Source: Rikenellaceae bacterium
GTDB taxonomy: Bacteria > Bacteroidota > Bacteroidia > Bacteroidales > Rikenellaceae
Direction of reading: 5' to 3'
Length of the DNA: 64,000 bases
Assembly: GCA_015059925.1 (NCBI GenBank)
Contig: SUZL01000005.1
Location: 27,891-91,890, forward strand
Shown piece after piece: positions 28,782 through 39,765 of this stretch. How positions within the stretch are numbered: position 1 is the stretch's first letter; each line of letters opens with the position of its first letter. The position numbers and the translations under genes are program-made. The notes below the pieces were generated by a model, which made no database searches, had not been told where the DNA came from, and saw nothing but the letters and a program-made list of their open reading frames with translations.

Positions 28782-31129
28782 TATTCTCTAACGTAAACTC
28801 GTTTAACTCGCGCCGAGATCGAGGTCATAATCTCATACGAGATCGTCCCCAGCACTTCGGCCATATCTTCCAGCGTGTTGCCCTTCGCAGCGGAGAAGAT
28901 CGTAACCTCATCTCCCTCCTTCACGCCCTCGACATCCGTAACGTCTATCATACAGCTATCCATACAGATACGCCCCACCGTCGCGGCCTTCTCGCCCGCC
29001 ACCAGCACCGACCATCGACCGCCGCCGAGGTGCCGATCCAGTCCATCGGCATACCCAATCGGAATCGTCGCCACCACGCTATCGCGCTTAAGACGCTCGC
29101 TACGGCCATAACCTATTGCCTCACCCTTCGAGCGATGGCGCAACTGCACGATTCGTGTCTTGAGCGTCGCCACAGGCTGCAGCTCCTCATTGTGGCAATA
29201 TCCGTAGCCGTACAGACCAAGTCCCAAACGACACATATCAAAGGCCGCCTCGGGGAATCGCTCTATCGCCGCCGAGTTTGCCGTATGACGCAACACCTCG
29301 TACGGCAGCGCCTCGGCAATCTGACTGCTCACCCTGTCGAACAGCGCGATCTGCTCACGCGTAAAATCGTCCTGCGAGGGGTCATCAGCGCACGACAGGT
29401 GCGAGAATATCGAAGCCACGCGCACGGCCCTACATCCCTTCACCCGCTCAATGAGCTCCTCCGCCTCCTCGGCCACAAAACCAAGGCGGTGCATACCTGT
29501 ATCGAGCTTTATATGAATCGGATAGCCCTGCTTGCCATAGCGCTCGACGCTACGCACAAAATCCTCCAGCGAGTGAAAACTATATATCTCCGGCTCAAGC
29601 GAATAAGCCACCATCTGATCAAAACTTCCTGCATCGGCATTCAGCACCACGATGGGCATCTTCACACCCTTCTCCCTCAGCGCCACGCCCTCGTCGGCAA
29701 ATGCCACCGCGAGATAGCTCACGCCCAAGTGCTGCATCAGCTGCGCCACCTCCACGTCGCCCGTTCCATAGCTGTGGGCCTTGACCATCGCCACCAGACG
29801 GTGATTCATCTTCAGGAACGACCTGAAATGTCCGACGTTGTGCGTCATCGCATCGAGATTCACCTCCAACACGGTCGTGTGGCTACGACGTTCCAGCGAG
29901 TGGCATACCCGCTCGAAGTGCGAGCGACGATTACCCTTGAGCAATATCGTCCGCCCCGCCAAATCCACACTCCCTATCGCCTGCATCAGCTGCTCGGTCG
30001 ATGCAAAGAAGCGGCTTTCAGCCTTAAACCTATCCGCATAGCGCGAGATTCGCTCCCCCACGCCTATCATCAAATCCACCCCTGCGTGCTCAACCATCGC
30101 CGCCACACGGGTGTATAACTCCTCGTCGCTCATTCCACTCTGCAGGATGTCCGACACCACCGCCACGCTCTTCTGACCGAGCGCCACGCTACGCAACGTG
30201 TCGAGCGCCAAAGCCAACGAGTTTATATCCGAATTGTACGAATCGTTGATTATCGTCGAGCCGTCAATGCCCTCCTTGACCTCCAGTCGCATCGCCACAT
30301 CGGGCTGCTCCAACCGCGTCTGCTCATAGCCAAGCTCGCGACAGAGCGTCTTTACGATCTGACCATTTATATGTTGCACCTCGCCACACGTCTGTGCCTC
30401 ATACTCCGTTCGGGCCGCATCCACGCTCTCGATGCCCATCTGCTCGACCTTGCGCGCCAGCTCCTCGTATGCCGAGTGGTATATTATCTTACGCGCCGAG
30501 CGGGCCAGCAGCAGCTTCTGCTCAATCTTCTGCTCGAGGCTCTCGAAGTTGGCCTGATGCGCATCGCCTATCGACGTTACAACCACCACATCAGGACGTA
30601 TCATCTGCTCCAGACGCTCCATCTCGCCCCGCTCTGATATTCCCGCCTCGATGAGCGCCACCTGCTCGTCGCCCTCGATCATCAGCAGCGACAGCGCCAC
30701 GCCTATCTGCGAGTTGTAACTCATCGGCGAGGCTATCAGCTTCACCTCGGTCGGCAGCGACCGCGCCGTCCACTCCTTCACCACCGTCTTACCGTTCGAG
30801 CCTGTTATGCCGACCACAACACCCTCAAAACGAGCCCTATGCTCGGCCGCCATACGCTGCAACGCCTCGATGGCATTCTCCACCACCACGCATCCTGCAT
30901 CCGCCGCCAACGTCACCTCGTGCTCCGTCATAAAGGCCCTCACACCGGCACGATACATATCGACAATGTAGCTGTGCGAGTCGTGATTCTCACCCCGCAT
31001 AGCCACAAACATCGCCCGCTGCCCAAAGGCCTGACGACGCGAGTCGGTAACAATCTCACCCACCTCACAATCCACTCCGCGCAGCTCGCCGCCACACATA
31101 CGGGCTATCTCCGAAAGACGGTATCTCAT
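28781..31129 (-). CDS. alr: Bifunctional MurF/alanine racemase
   Basis: GITGSNGKT and INDSYN (Mur ligase); AMVKAHSYG (PLP lysine), HIKLDTGMHRLG, GRICMD, SYE (Alr). Confidence 0.95.
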   Translation of the reverse strand: MRYRLSEIARMCGGELRGVDCEVGEIVTDSRRQAFGQRAMFVAMRGENHDSHSYIVDMYRAGVRAFMTEHEVTLAADAGCVVVENAIEALQRMAAEHRARFEGVVVGITGSNGKTVVKEWTARSLPTEVKLIASPMSYNSQIGVALSLLMIEGDEQVALIEAGISERGEMERLEQMIRPDVVVVTSIGDAHQANFESLEQKIEQKLLLARSARKIIYHSAYEELARKVEQMGIESVDAARTEYEAQTCGEVQHINGQIVKTLCRELGYEQTRLEQPDVAMRLEVKEGIDGSTIINDSYNSDINSLALALDTLRSVALGQKSVAVVSDILQSGMSDEELYTRVAAMVEHAGVDLMIGVGERISRYADRFKAESRFFASTEQLMQAIGSVDLAGRTILLKGNRRSHFERVCHSLERRSHTTVLEVNLDAMTHNVGHFRSFLKMNHRLVAMVKAHSYGTGDVEVAQLMQHLGVSYLAVAFADEGVALREKGVKMPIVVLNADAGSFDQMVAYSLEPEIYSFHSLEDFVRSVERYGKQGYPIHIKLDTGMHRLGFVAEEAEELIERVKGCRAVRVASIFSHLSCADDPSQDDFTREQIALFDRVSSQIAEALPYEVLRHTANSAAIERFPEAAFDMCRLGLGLYGYGYCHNEELQPVATLKTRIVQLRHRSKGEAIGYGRSERLKRDSVVATIPIGYADGLDRHLGGGRWSVLVAGEKAATVGRICMDSCMIDVTDVEGVKEGDEVTIFSAAKGNTLEDMAEVLGTISYEIMTSISARVKRVYVRE

Positions 31130-31132
31130 CTG

Positions 31133-33634
31133 TTATAAACTATTATCAAATCTCACAACGGTTATTCCCGCACCGCCTCGATCGGCGTGCTCGTCGGCCA
31201 CCGAGGCCACCTGCGGGATCGTTCTTAGGTAACGGCGAATCTCCTCCTTCAGAGCTCCCGTACCCTTGCCGTGCAGGATGGTAACTCCACCCACGCCCAC
31301 CATCAGCGCATCATCGACCAAGTCCTGCACCACCTCCAGCGCCTCCACAGCGCGCATACCGCGCACATCGACGCTATCGCGGAAGTTCAGCTTGCGCGAC
31401 GATATATCCACCGAGAGCACCGTTCGCGGCTGCACGGGCTTCACGGCCTTCTTGTACTCGGCGTTCGACACTACGGTGAGCTTATCCTTCTCGACCATCG
31501 TCAGTATCTGCCCGAATGCAACCTGCACCTTGCGTCCCTTGATGCTCTGCACCACGCCCGGCACCTCCTGTCCCGTGATGCGCACCTTCGCACCCACCTC
31601 GATCGGCTTGGGCGCAGGGGCCGCAACTGCCGCCTCATCCTGCTCCGCCTTCTGGCCGCGACGCTTCTTATCCTCGTCGCGTCGAGCCTTGCGGCGCATC
31701 AGTCGCTCCATCTCGCGCTCCACCTTCTCGCTGTCAAAGGCCGAATCGATGCTATCCACCGCCGCCTTGAAGTCATCCAACTCCTTACGCGCCAGACGTG
31801 TAAGCTCCTTCTCGGCCTGCGCCTCCTTGATCGTGCGTATCGTGTTCTCGATCTGACGATTAGCCTCCGCCACAAGCTCCTTAGCCTCGGCCTTGGCCTT
31901 CTGCAAAATCTCCTTGCGCTCCTCCTTGATGCGCGAGAGCTGCTCGGCATAACTCGTCTCCAGCTCCTCAACCTTACGATCCGTCAGACGTATGCGATCG
32001 CGCTTCTGCGACCAGTAACGCCTATCACGCGCAATCTCGCGCAGCTGACGTTCCAGATTGATATGGTCGCTACCCGCCTTGTCGCTCGCCGTGCGGATTA
32101 TATTCTCCGGCAGACCGATCTTGCGGGCTATCTCAATGGCAAACGAGCTTCCGGGCTTACCCTGCTCCAACTTAAAGAGCGGGCGGATGTTCTGCACATC
32201 GAACATCATCGCGCCGTTGGCAATGCCTTCCGTTCCCGTTGCATAATATTTAATGTTCGAGTAGTGCGTCGTAATCACGCCGTAGCAACCCCGCTCGAGC
32301 AGTCGCTCCAGAATCGCCTCGGCTATGGCACCACCAATCACAGGCTCCGTACCCGATCCGAACTCGTCTATCAAGACCAACGTACGATCCGATGCCGCCT
32401 GCAACATCGACTTCATATTCAGAAGGTGCGACGAATATGTCGAAAGATCGTTATCCATCGACTGCTCGTCGCCAATATCTATGCAGATGCTCTTGAATAC
32501 GGGCAGCTCACTCATCTGCGATGCCGTTACAGGGAATCCGCACTGGAACATATACTGCACCATACCCGTGGTCTTCAGACACACCGACTTTCCACCAGCA
32601 TTGGGGCCCGAGATCACCAGAATATGCTTCTCTCTGTCGAGCTGCATATCGAGCTTCACCAGCTCCTTCTTCTCGCGTCGCAGCGTCTGCGCCAACATCG
32701 GGTGAAACGCATCACGCAGCACCAACCTGTCATCGAGCGACACTACGGGCATACCCGCCCCATTCTCAATCGCCCAACGCGCCTTGGCCCTCACAGCATC
32801 CATCTCGGCCAGATATGCGCTCGCATCGGCAATCGGCTCGCGGTCAGGACGCAGCTCCTCGGTAAATTCGGTCAGCAGACGCACAATCTCCCTGCGCTCG
32901 GCATACTCCAACTCTTTGAGTTGGTTATTCAGCTCGACCACCTCCACAGGCTCGACGTAGAACGTCTTACCCGTCGCCGATTCGTCGTGAATAAATCCGC
33001 TCAACTTACGTTTATTTCCGGCCGATACGGGGATTACGGCCCTACCGTCGCGTATTGAGATCATCGCATCGGCATCGACGATTCCAGCCCTCTTGGCATT
33101 ATTCAGCACCTGATGCAGTCGCTTCGACACCTGCCCCTCGTGTTCGCGTATCGAGCGGCGTATTGCCACCAACTCGGGCGAAGCGCCATCGCGTATCTGC
33201 CCCTCGTCGTCGATAAGCTGGTTTATGCGGCGTATCACATCGGGGAATATGCAGACGCTCTCACAACGCCTCCTCAGGCGCGGATACTGATCCTTCGAGC
33301 GGCTCGACACAAACCCCACCATATTACCTACGGCCGTCAGCGCCTGACGCAATACGGCCACCTCCTCGGTCGAGAGGAACGCCCCCTCCACGCCAATCTT
33401 CGCTATCACGGCCTCCATATCGGGGTACTCGTCGCGTGGTGCGTCGGGGTCGAGCATCAGCAGCGTGCGCATCTCATCTGCAGTCTGCTGTCGTCGCTCG
33501 ATCTCCTCGCGCGAGGTAGAAAAACCCTCCCCCGCGATAATCTCGCGCGCAGCCTGCATCGAACACATCGCCACCACCTGCTCACGCAGTCGGTCAAATC
33601 CTATCTTCTGTTCAAAATTTGCTGGATAAATCAT
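31133..33634 (-). CDS. mutS2: MutS2 family protein with C-terminal Smr domain
   Basis: SGPNAGGKS, STYSSH, DEFGSGTEP, TTHY, HGKGTG. Confidence 0.95.
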   Translation of the reverse strand: MIYPANFEQKIGFDRLREQVVAMCSMQAAREIIAGEGFSTSREEIERRQQTADEMRTLLMLDPDAPRDEYPDMEAVIAKIGVEGAFLSTEEVAVLRQALTAVGNMVGFVSSRSKDQYPRLRRRCESVCIFPDVIRRINQLIDDEGQIRDGASPELVAIRRSIREHEGQVSKRLHQVLNNAKRAGIVDADAMISIRDGRAVIPVSAGNKRKLSGFIHDESATGKTFYVEPVEVVELNNQLKELEYAERREIVRLLTEFTEELRPDREPIADASAYLAEMDAVRAKARWAIENGAGMPVVSLDDRLVLRDAFHPMLAQTLRREKKELVKLDMQLDREKHILVISGPNAGGKSVCLKTTGMVQYMFQCGFPVTASQMSELPVFKSICIDIGDEQSMDNDLSTYSSHLLNMKSMLQAASDRTLVLIDEFGSGTEPVIGGAIAEAILERLLERGCYGVITTHYSNIKYYATGTEGIANGAMMFDVQNIRPLFKLEQGKPGSSFAIEIARKIGLPENIIRTASDKAGSDHINLERQLREIARDRRYWSQKRDRIRLTDRKVEELETSYAEQLSRIKEERKEILQKAKAEAKELVAEANRQIENTIRTIKEAQAEKELTRLARKELDDFKAAVDSIDSAFDSEKVEREMERLMRRKARRDEDKKRRGQKAEQDEAAVAAPAPKPIEVGAKVRITGQEVPGVVQSIKGRKVQVAFGQILTMVEKDKLTVVSNAEYKKAVKPVQPRTVLSVDISSRKLNFRDSVDVRGMRAVEALEVVQDLVDDALMVGVGGVTILHGKGTGALKEEIRRYLRTIPQVASVADEHADRGGAGITVVRFDNSL

Positions 33635-33643
33635 CTTGAGCGA

Positions 33644-34675
33644 CTATTGACCTTTCTCCATCTCTTTAAGTTGCTGTTCGTGCTGCTTCTCGGCCAACTC
33701 ATCTGCTCGCTTTATCGCCTTCTTCTCGGCCTTTGCCTTTGCCTTCTCGACCTTCTTTATGGGGTTAGCGCCGAAAACCGAGATATTGATATAACGGTGA
33801 GGATTCTCCTTCAAATCCTCCAACAACGTCGAGAGGTTGTTGCTTGCCGCCGAGAGGTTGTCATACAGCGCCGCATCGCCCAGAAGCTTACCCACGCTAC
33901 CATTCTCATCCTTTGCCGCAGCGAGCAGCTCATTCAGATTATTGACCACGCCATCCAGTTCGGCCACGATTTCCGTCTTTGCCAAATCCTCCGAGAGCTT
34001 GTGCATATTATCGATTATGCCACCCACCTCGTCGGCGTTGTCGCCCAGACTCTGCGAGAATCGGCTCAGCGAAGCGAGCGCCTGCTCCAGATGCTCACGC
34101 TCGTTCTTAAGCATCGTATTGACGTTTCCCGTCAGGCCATCCATATTGGCCATTATCGAGGTCAGACTCGCCGTATTAGCCTCAATCAGAGTATTCACAC
34201 CCTCCAACGTCTTGCTCAAGCCATCCACCACGGCCGAGATCTTCTCATTGATAAAATCTATCTCCGTTGTAGCCATCTCCATAATATCCGTTCCCGAGGC
34301 CGCCTCTACCGTACCGCGCCTCTCGACATACTCCGTCGCATCGCCGAGCACGATCTCAATGGCCTTGCCGCCCATAATTCCGTCAGAGTAGATACGCGCC
34401 TTTGAATCTACGGGGATCTTGTATCGCTTATCGACCGTAAACTCCACCTCAACACCCTTGGCGCTCTCATCGAGCGTAACCTTGGCCACAGCACCAACGG
34501 CCACGCCGCTGATTGTAACGTGCGAAGCGGGCTGAATACCGCCCACCTGAGTGTAGTAGGCATAATAAGTGTTGCTGGAGCTAAAGACATCCGCCCCCTT
34601 CAGATAGCGTATCACGCCCCATCCGACGAGCAACACGACAATTGCAAAAATTCCAACTTTTACTTCTTTTTTCAT
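33644..34675 (-). CDS. MlaD/MCE family protein
   Basis: N-terminal TM helix, MCE domain (VTISGVAVGAV, IPVDSKARI, GGKAIEI), helical C-terminus. Confidence 0.9.
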   Translation of the reverse strand: MKKEVKVGIFAIVVLLVGWGVIRYLKGADVFSSSNTYYAYYTQVGGIQPASHVTISGVAVGAVAKVTLDESAKGVEVEFTVDKRYKIPVDSKARIYSDGIMGGKAIEIVLGDATEYVERRGTVEAASGTDIMEMATTEIDFINEKISAVVDGLSKTLEGVNTLIEANTASLTSIMANMDGLTGNVNTMLKNEREHLEQALASLSRFSQSLGDNADEVGGIIDNMHKLSEDLAKTEIVAELDGVVNNLNELLAAAKDENGSVGKLLGDAALYDNLSAASNNLSTLLEDLKENPHRYINISVFGANPIKKVEKAKAKAEKKAIKRADELAEKQHEQQLKEMEKGQ

Positions 34676-34697
34676 ATCATTTGTTTTTATTTCTTAC

Positions 34698-35900
34698 TTA
34701 TCTAACGATGCGCCCATCCTTAAAGTGTACCACAAACGCATCCTTAAAGGTGCGTCTTATGGTCGAAAGGTTACGTTGCGCCTCCTCGCGGCTCTCATAC
34801 TCGCCGTAGCAGTATTTGTACTTCAGCACGCCACTGCCCTCATAGCACTCCACCTTACCGCGATAACTCTTGAACTGCGAATCATTTCCGCTCACTCGCT
34901 TATCCGACGCCAGCAGCTGAATGGCATAGCCCTCCGCGCTCTTCGCCGCCTGCTCCTTTACGGTCTCTTTTGCCGTCGCCTTCGCAGCTACGCCCTCCGC
35001 CTTCTTTGCGTCCGCCTTCTTCGGCTGCTCCGAGGCAGATTCCGCCTTCTTCGGCTCCTCCTTTGCCACCGTCTGCTCCTCGGCCTTCGACTCCACGATT
35101 ACGGTCTCCACGCCCGCCATACGGTTGATATGGCCGACATACTCCTTCACCGCGTCGCACAACATACGGGCATAAGCCGCCTGCCCCTTCTCCGAGCTCA
35201 TATACGCCAACTCCGCCTTATTGGTCATAAAGCCCAACTCGGTCAATACACTCGGCATATCCGTAGCGTACAACACCTTGAGCAACTGACGCTTGACGGG
35301 ACGCACCGTGCGCCCGCCCTTCTGGTAGTGCGACTGCATTATTCGCGCCATCATCTCGCTATACTCGCCGTATGTAAACTGCAGATTCTGGATGTAAGCC
35401 CTCACCATCGCCGCCGTATTCTCATCCGACATATCGATCAACTCCTCCTTATTGTTGTCATAAAGGGCACTCTCGTTGTATCGCGTCTCCTTCTCGCTCT
35501 CGCCCATAATCAGCGTCTCGGCACCCCTTACGGTTGTCGTTCGCGCCGCATTGGCGTGGATCGAGATGAAGAAGTCGCCCTCGGCCTTGTTCGCAATGTT
35601 TGCTCGCGCCGTAAGATCCTCATTCAGAGTCTTTCCCAACGCCGTATCGGTCTTTCGCGTATAGACCACCTTTATGGTCGGCAGCTCCTTCTCGATCAGC
35701 GCTCCGAGCTTCAGCGCAACGGCCAGATTTATATCCTTCTCCTTCACTCCGCCATACACCGCACCAGGAAAAGCCTTTCCACCGTGACCGGCATCGATGA
35801 CAATAACTCGCACCCCCGCTCCGTTATCTTGAGCGAGCAGCGGAGTGGTGCCGAGCGCCACACCAAAAAGCAAAAGCAAACAGAAGAGTATATGTTTCAT
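34698..35900 (-). CDS. N-acetylmuramoyl-L-alanine amidase (Amidase_3 + SPOR-like)
   Basis: IDAGHGG, EKDINL, FISIHANA and SVLTELGF motifs. Confidence 0.93.
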   Translation of the reverse strand: MKHILFCLLLLFGVALGTTPLLAQDNGAGVRVIVIDAGHGGKAFPGAVYGGVKEKDINLAVALKLGALIEKELPTIKVVYTRKTDTALGKTLNEDLTARANIANKAEGDFFISIHANAARTTTVRGAETLIMGESEKETRYNESALYDNNKEELIDMSDENTAAMVRAYIQNLQFTYGEYSEMMARIMQSHYQKGGRTVRPVKRQLLKVLYATDMPSVLTELGFMTNKAELAYMSSEKGQAAYARMLCDAVKEYVGHINRMAGVETVIVESKAEEQTVAKEEPKKAESASEQPKKADAKKAEGVAAKATAKETVKEQAAKSAEGYAIQLLASDKRVSGNDSQFKSYRGKVECYEGSGVLKYKYCYGEYESREEAQRNLSTIRRTFKDAFVVHFKDGRIVR

Positions 35901-35943
35901 ATAAAATCTGCCAAAAAATTAGCGGTAATAGATAAAAAAACGC

Positions 35944-36025
35944 TATATTTGTCGGTTAAAACACCTTTCCCGCGCGAGAGGAAAAGCTCCCATCGGGCGG
36001 TTTTGCCGACTTGTCGGCAAAGGTA
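35944..36025. promoter_or_regulatory. Face-to-face divergent promoters for lptD and amidase-mce
   Basis: TATATTTG (+) at 35944-35951; TACCTTTG (-) at 36018-36025. Confidence 0.55.
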
Positions 36026-36043
36026 CAAAAAATTATTGACATT

Positions 36044-38839
36044 TTGGGTAAATTAAGAGTTAAATATCTCCTTTCGGTAGCTGTTGTGTTGCTTCTTGTG
36101 CAGTTCGTCTTCGGATTGCCCTCCACGCAGCGCGTTCTCACCCCCCAGCGTCCCGCCATCGAGCAGGATACGCTGTCGCGCGACAGCGTACGTCGTGCGC
36201 GCCAACGTCGTGAGGCCGCAGGCGCAGCGCAGCGTGGCGCAGCACCCGACTCGACCACGCGCACCGATCTGGCCGACACCATCGCCCGCATTGCAGGCAT
36301 CGAGCGCGACTCGCTCGACGCTCTGGGCGACACGCTCGTCCAGCGTCGCCGCGCAGGAGCAGGTCTCGACCGTATGATCAAGGGCCACGCCACCGACTCG
36401 CTCTACTACGATATGCGCAAGAAGATGGTCTATATCTACGAGCAGGGCGATGTGAGCTACGACAATATGAATCTGAAGGCCGACTACATCAACATCGACC
36501 TCGACACCAAGAACATCTTCGCCTACGGTAAGGCCGACACCCTCGAAGGCGAAGCCACCACTACGCGCCCGCTGTTCACTCAGGGCTCGACCTCGCTCAA
36601 TATGGACACCATCACCTACAACATCGACAGCCAGCGCGCCAAGATCAAGGGTATCGCCACGCAGCAGGGTGACGGATGGCTCGTAGGCCAGAACGTGAAG
36701 CGTATGGAGGACAACTCGATCCACATCGCCGATGGTATGTACACCACCTGCGACGAGACCGACCACCCCCACTTCTACTACTATATGTCCAAGGCGAAGG
36801 TCATCCCGGGCGACAAGGGCAAGGTGATTATGGGCGGCGGCCACCTCGTCATCGAGGATGTCGATATTCCGTTCCTCGGTCTTCCCGAGGGCTTCTTCCC
36901 CTTGAGCAGCGGTCCCAAGTCGGGTATCCTGATGCCGACCTACGGCGAGGAGGCTCGACGCGGATTCTTTATGCGCGGTCTGGGTTACTACTTCACCCTG
37001 AGCGACTATATGGATCTCACGCTCACGGGCGGCTTCTACACGCTCGGCTCGTGGGAGGCGCAGGCCATCTCGCGCTACGTTAAGCGATACAAGTATTCGG
37101 GCAACCTGAATTTCGACTACGCCAGCATCCGCTCGGGCGACAAGGGCGACCCCGACTTTGTCAAGCAGAACACCTTCCGTCTGCAGTGGACCCACTCGCA
37201 AGACCCGAAGGCCAACCCCGGTTCGACCTTCTCGGCCTCGGTGAACCTTTCATCGAGCGGTTACAGCCGCTACTCGGCCACCAATCTCGACGATATGCTT
37301 GCCACGCAGACCAACTCTTCGATCTCCTACTCGAAGAATTGGGCCGGCACACCCTTCTCGTTCTCGATGAATATGGCCGTTTCGCAGAACTCGCAGACGC
37401 AGGCCATCTCGGTTACCTTGCCCACGATCTCGTTCAACGTCTCGAAGTTCAACCCCCTAAAGCGCAAGGTGCGCATCGGCAAGGAGCGCTGGTACGAGAA
37501 GATCTCGATGAGCTACTCGGCCAAGATGACCAACTCTGTTCAGGCCAAGGAGAGCGACATCTTCTCATCCGAAACGCTGAAGAATATGCGCAACGGTATC
37601 CAGCACACGATCCCCGTTCAGGCGCAGTTCAACCTCTTCAACTTCATCAACGTCACCCCCAACATCAACTACACCGAGCGTTGGTACTTCCGTCGTGATC
37701 GCCAGCAGTGGAACCCCGAGACCAACGCAGTCGATAAGCTCGACCCCGAGTACGGCTTCTACCGCCTCTACAACTACAACGCGGGCATCTCGCTCTCGAC
37801 CATCCTCTACGGTCAGTGGCAGGTGCGCGAGAAGTATAAGGATTTCAAGTTGCAGGCCTTGCGCCACACCATCACCCCCTCGATCTCGATGAGCTACGCC
37901 CCCGACTTCAGCAATCAGAAGTACGGCTACTACGAGACCATCCAGAACAACGACTCGGGTGGCACGATGACCTACTCGCCCTACTCTAACAACGCCTACG
38001 GCATCCCCTCATCGGGCCAGAGCGCATCGCTCACGTTCAACATCTCGCAGAGTCTGGAGGCCAAGGTACTGAGCAAGCGCGACTCTACGGGTGTGCGCAA
38101 GATCAAACTCATCGACGATTTGTCGATCAGCGGATCGTATAACTTCCTCGCCGACTCGATGAAGCTCTCGAACATATCGCTCTCGCTGCGTTCTACCATC
38201 TCGCAGAAGTTCGGCATCCAGCTTCGCGCCACACTCGACCCCTACGAGGTAACCCCCGAGGGCCGACGCATCAACAAGCTCACTTGGGCACGCGGTAATC
38301 TGGGCCGTATCGTCAATACGGGCTGGAGCTTCGGCTATACGTTCCAGTCGCGCGAGTCGTCGCAGCCGGCCATCAACGACATCAACAGCATCCCGCCCGA
38401 GTACACCAATCCCTTCTACGACCCCTACGGCACGATGGATCCCAACCTCAGGCGACAGTATATGGCCAAGGCCTACTACGACTTCTCGCTGCCGTGGAAC
38501 TTCGGATTCAACTACAACATCAACTATAGCCTTGCCTATGTGAACAACGGCACGACGGGATATAAACGCAACATCACGCAAACCATCGGCTTCAACGGAA
38601 GCCTAACCTTCTCGAAGAAGATGGCGGCCACCATCAGCGGCGGATATGACATATCGCAACGCAAGCTGACCACCTCGTCGATCAGCATCACGCGCGATCT
38701 GCACTGTTGGCAGATGTCCTTCTCGTGGATTCCCTTCGGACACTACAAGAGCTGGAGCTTCCACATCGGTGTGAAGGCCGCTTCGCTGCAGGATCTGAAA
38801 TACGACAAGAGCCAGTCGATGTACGATAACTTCTACTAA
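36044..38839 (+). CDS. lptD: Putative LPS assembly protein LptD (Bacteroidota type)
   Basis: Beta-jellyroll N-terminus (YTTCD), GGFYTLGSW, QWTHSQD, RDLHCWQM. No ATG in frame near the start, so likely TTG start at 36044 (alternative 36011). Confidence 0.85.
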   Translation: MGKLRVKYLLSVAVVLLLVQFVFGLPSTQRVLTPQRPAIEQDTLSRDSVRRARQRREAAGAAQRGAAPDSTTRTDLADTIARIAGIERDSLDALGDTLVQRRRAGAGLDRMIKGHATDSLYYDMRKKMVYIYEQGDVSYDNMNLKADYINIDLDTKNIFAYGKADTLEGEATTTRPLFTQGSTSLNMDTITYNIDSQRAKIKGIATQQGDGWLVGQNVKRMEDNSIHIADGMYTTCDETDHPHFYYYMSKAKVIPGDKGKVIMGGGHLVIEDVDIPFLGLPEGFFPLSSGPKSGILMPTYGEEARRGFFMRGLGYYFTLSDYMDLTLTGGFYTLGSWEAQAISRYVKRYKYSGNLNFDYASIRSGDKGDPDFVKQNTFRLQWTHSQDPKANPGSTFSASVNLSSSGYSRYSATNLDDMLATQTNSSISYSKNWAGTPFSFSMNMAVSQNSQTQAISVTLPTISFNVSKFNPLKRKVRIGKERWYEKISMSYSAKMTNSVQAKESDIFSSETLKNMRNGIQHTIPVQAQFNLFNFINVTPNINYTERWYFRRDRQQWNPETNAVDKLDPEYGFYRLYNYNAGISLSTILYGQWQVREKYKDFKLQALRHTITPSISMSYAPDFSNQKYGYYETIQNNDSGGTMTYSPYSNNAYGIPSSGQSASLTFNISQSLEAKVLSKRDSTGVRKIKLIDDLSISGSYNFLADSMKLSNISLSLRSTISQKFGIQLRATLDPYEVTPEGRRINKLTWARGNLGRIVNTGWSFGYTFQSRESSQPAINDINSIPPEYTNPFYDPYGTMDPNLRRQYMAKAYYDFSLPWNFGFNYNINYSLAYVNNGTTGYKRNITQTIGFNGSLTFSKKMAATISGGYDISQRKLTTSSISITRDLHCWQMSFSWIPFGHYKSWSFHIGVKAASLQDLKYDKSQSMYDNFY

Positions 38840-38850
38840 ACCCTATAACG

Positions 38851-39741
38851 ATGAAACGACTTCTCTCTCTGGCTATGACCATAGCTATGCTATTTGTTGT
38901 GGCCATCCCCGCATCGGCCAAGAAGTATGGCCAGACGCTGCGCATTTTGGCCATCGGCAACTCCTTCTCGGACGACGGTATGGAGCACCTGCCCGCCCTG
39001 CTGAAGAATCTGGGCGTGGAGGATGTCGAGCTGGCACGCCTCTTCGTCGGCGGTTGCACACTCGAGCGCCATATGAAGTTCTACAATGCCGAGGAGAGCG
39101 CCTACGAGTTCTACCACTCCGAGGCTGGCCGAAACGAGTGGGTTAAGGCCGAGGAGAAATACTCAATCCAGCAGGCTCTCGCTATGGGTGAGTGGGACAT
39201 AATCACTATGCAGCAGGCCTCGGGCGTATCTGGCCTCTACGAGAGCTACGTTCCGTATCTTGAGCAGCTTATCGCCACCGTTCGCAAGGCGCAGCCTCAA
39301 GCCGAGCTCGTCTGGCATATGACGTGGGCCTACTCTACTGACAGCACCCACGGCGAGTACCCCAACTACGACCGCGACCAGCAGAAGATGTATCGCGCCA
39401 TCACCGAGTGCGTACACAATCTGAAGAGAGATTATAAATCTATCAAAGCCATCATCCCTTCGGGAACGGCTATCCAGTCGCTGCGCGAGTCGGCGATCAA
39501 CAACTCCCCCAAGGATTTCACACGCGACGGCTACCATATGGATCTCGGCGCGGGCCGCTACGCATTGGCTTGCACTTGGTACGAGAAGCTGATCCGCCCC
39601 TATACCCACCGCTCGATGATGGGCAACACGCTGCGCCTCGATCTGGGCGACGTGAAGGTCGATGACCAGACAGCACCATACCTGCAAAAGGCTGCGCGTC
39701 AGGCTGTAAAACATCCGTTCAAGGTCCGAGCCGTAAAATAA
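38851..39741 (+). CDS. DUF4886 / SGNH-like secreted protein
   Basis: Signal peptide, IGNSFS, QQASG, WAY and DGYH motifs. Confidence 0.8.
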   Translation: MKRLLSLAMTIAMLFVVAIPASAKKYGQTLRILAIGNSFSDDGMEHLPALLKNLGVEDVELARLFVGGCTLERHMKFYNAEESAYEFYHSEAGRNEWVKAEEKYSIQQALAMGEWDIITMQQASGVSGLYESYVPYLEQLIATVRKAQPQAELVWHMTWAYSTDSTHGEYPNYDRDQQKMYRAITECVHNLKRDYKSIKAIIPSGTAIQSLRESAINNSPKDFTRDGYHMDLGAGRYALACTWYEKLIRPYTHRSMMGNTLRLDLGDVKVDDQTAPYLQKAARQAVKHPFKVRAVK

Positions 39742-39765
39742 ACCCTACACCTATATATAATAGCA

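Noticed and set aside
28781-31129. MurF-Alr fusion as a novelty
   Set aside because: This fusion is a well-known standard feature of Bacteroidota.
31271-33058. 595-aa plus-strand ORF
   Set aside because: Entirely antisense to mutS2, with no motifs. It is a shadow ORF from high GC3 codon bias, like 26291-27346, 33113-34405, 34725-36056, 47183-48655 and 49565-50857.
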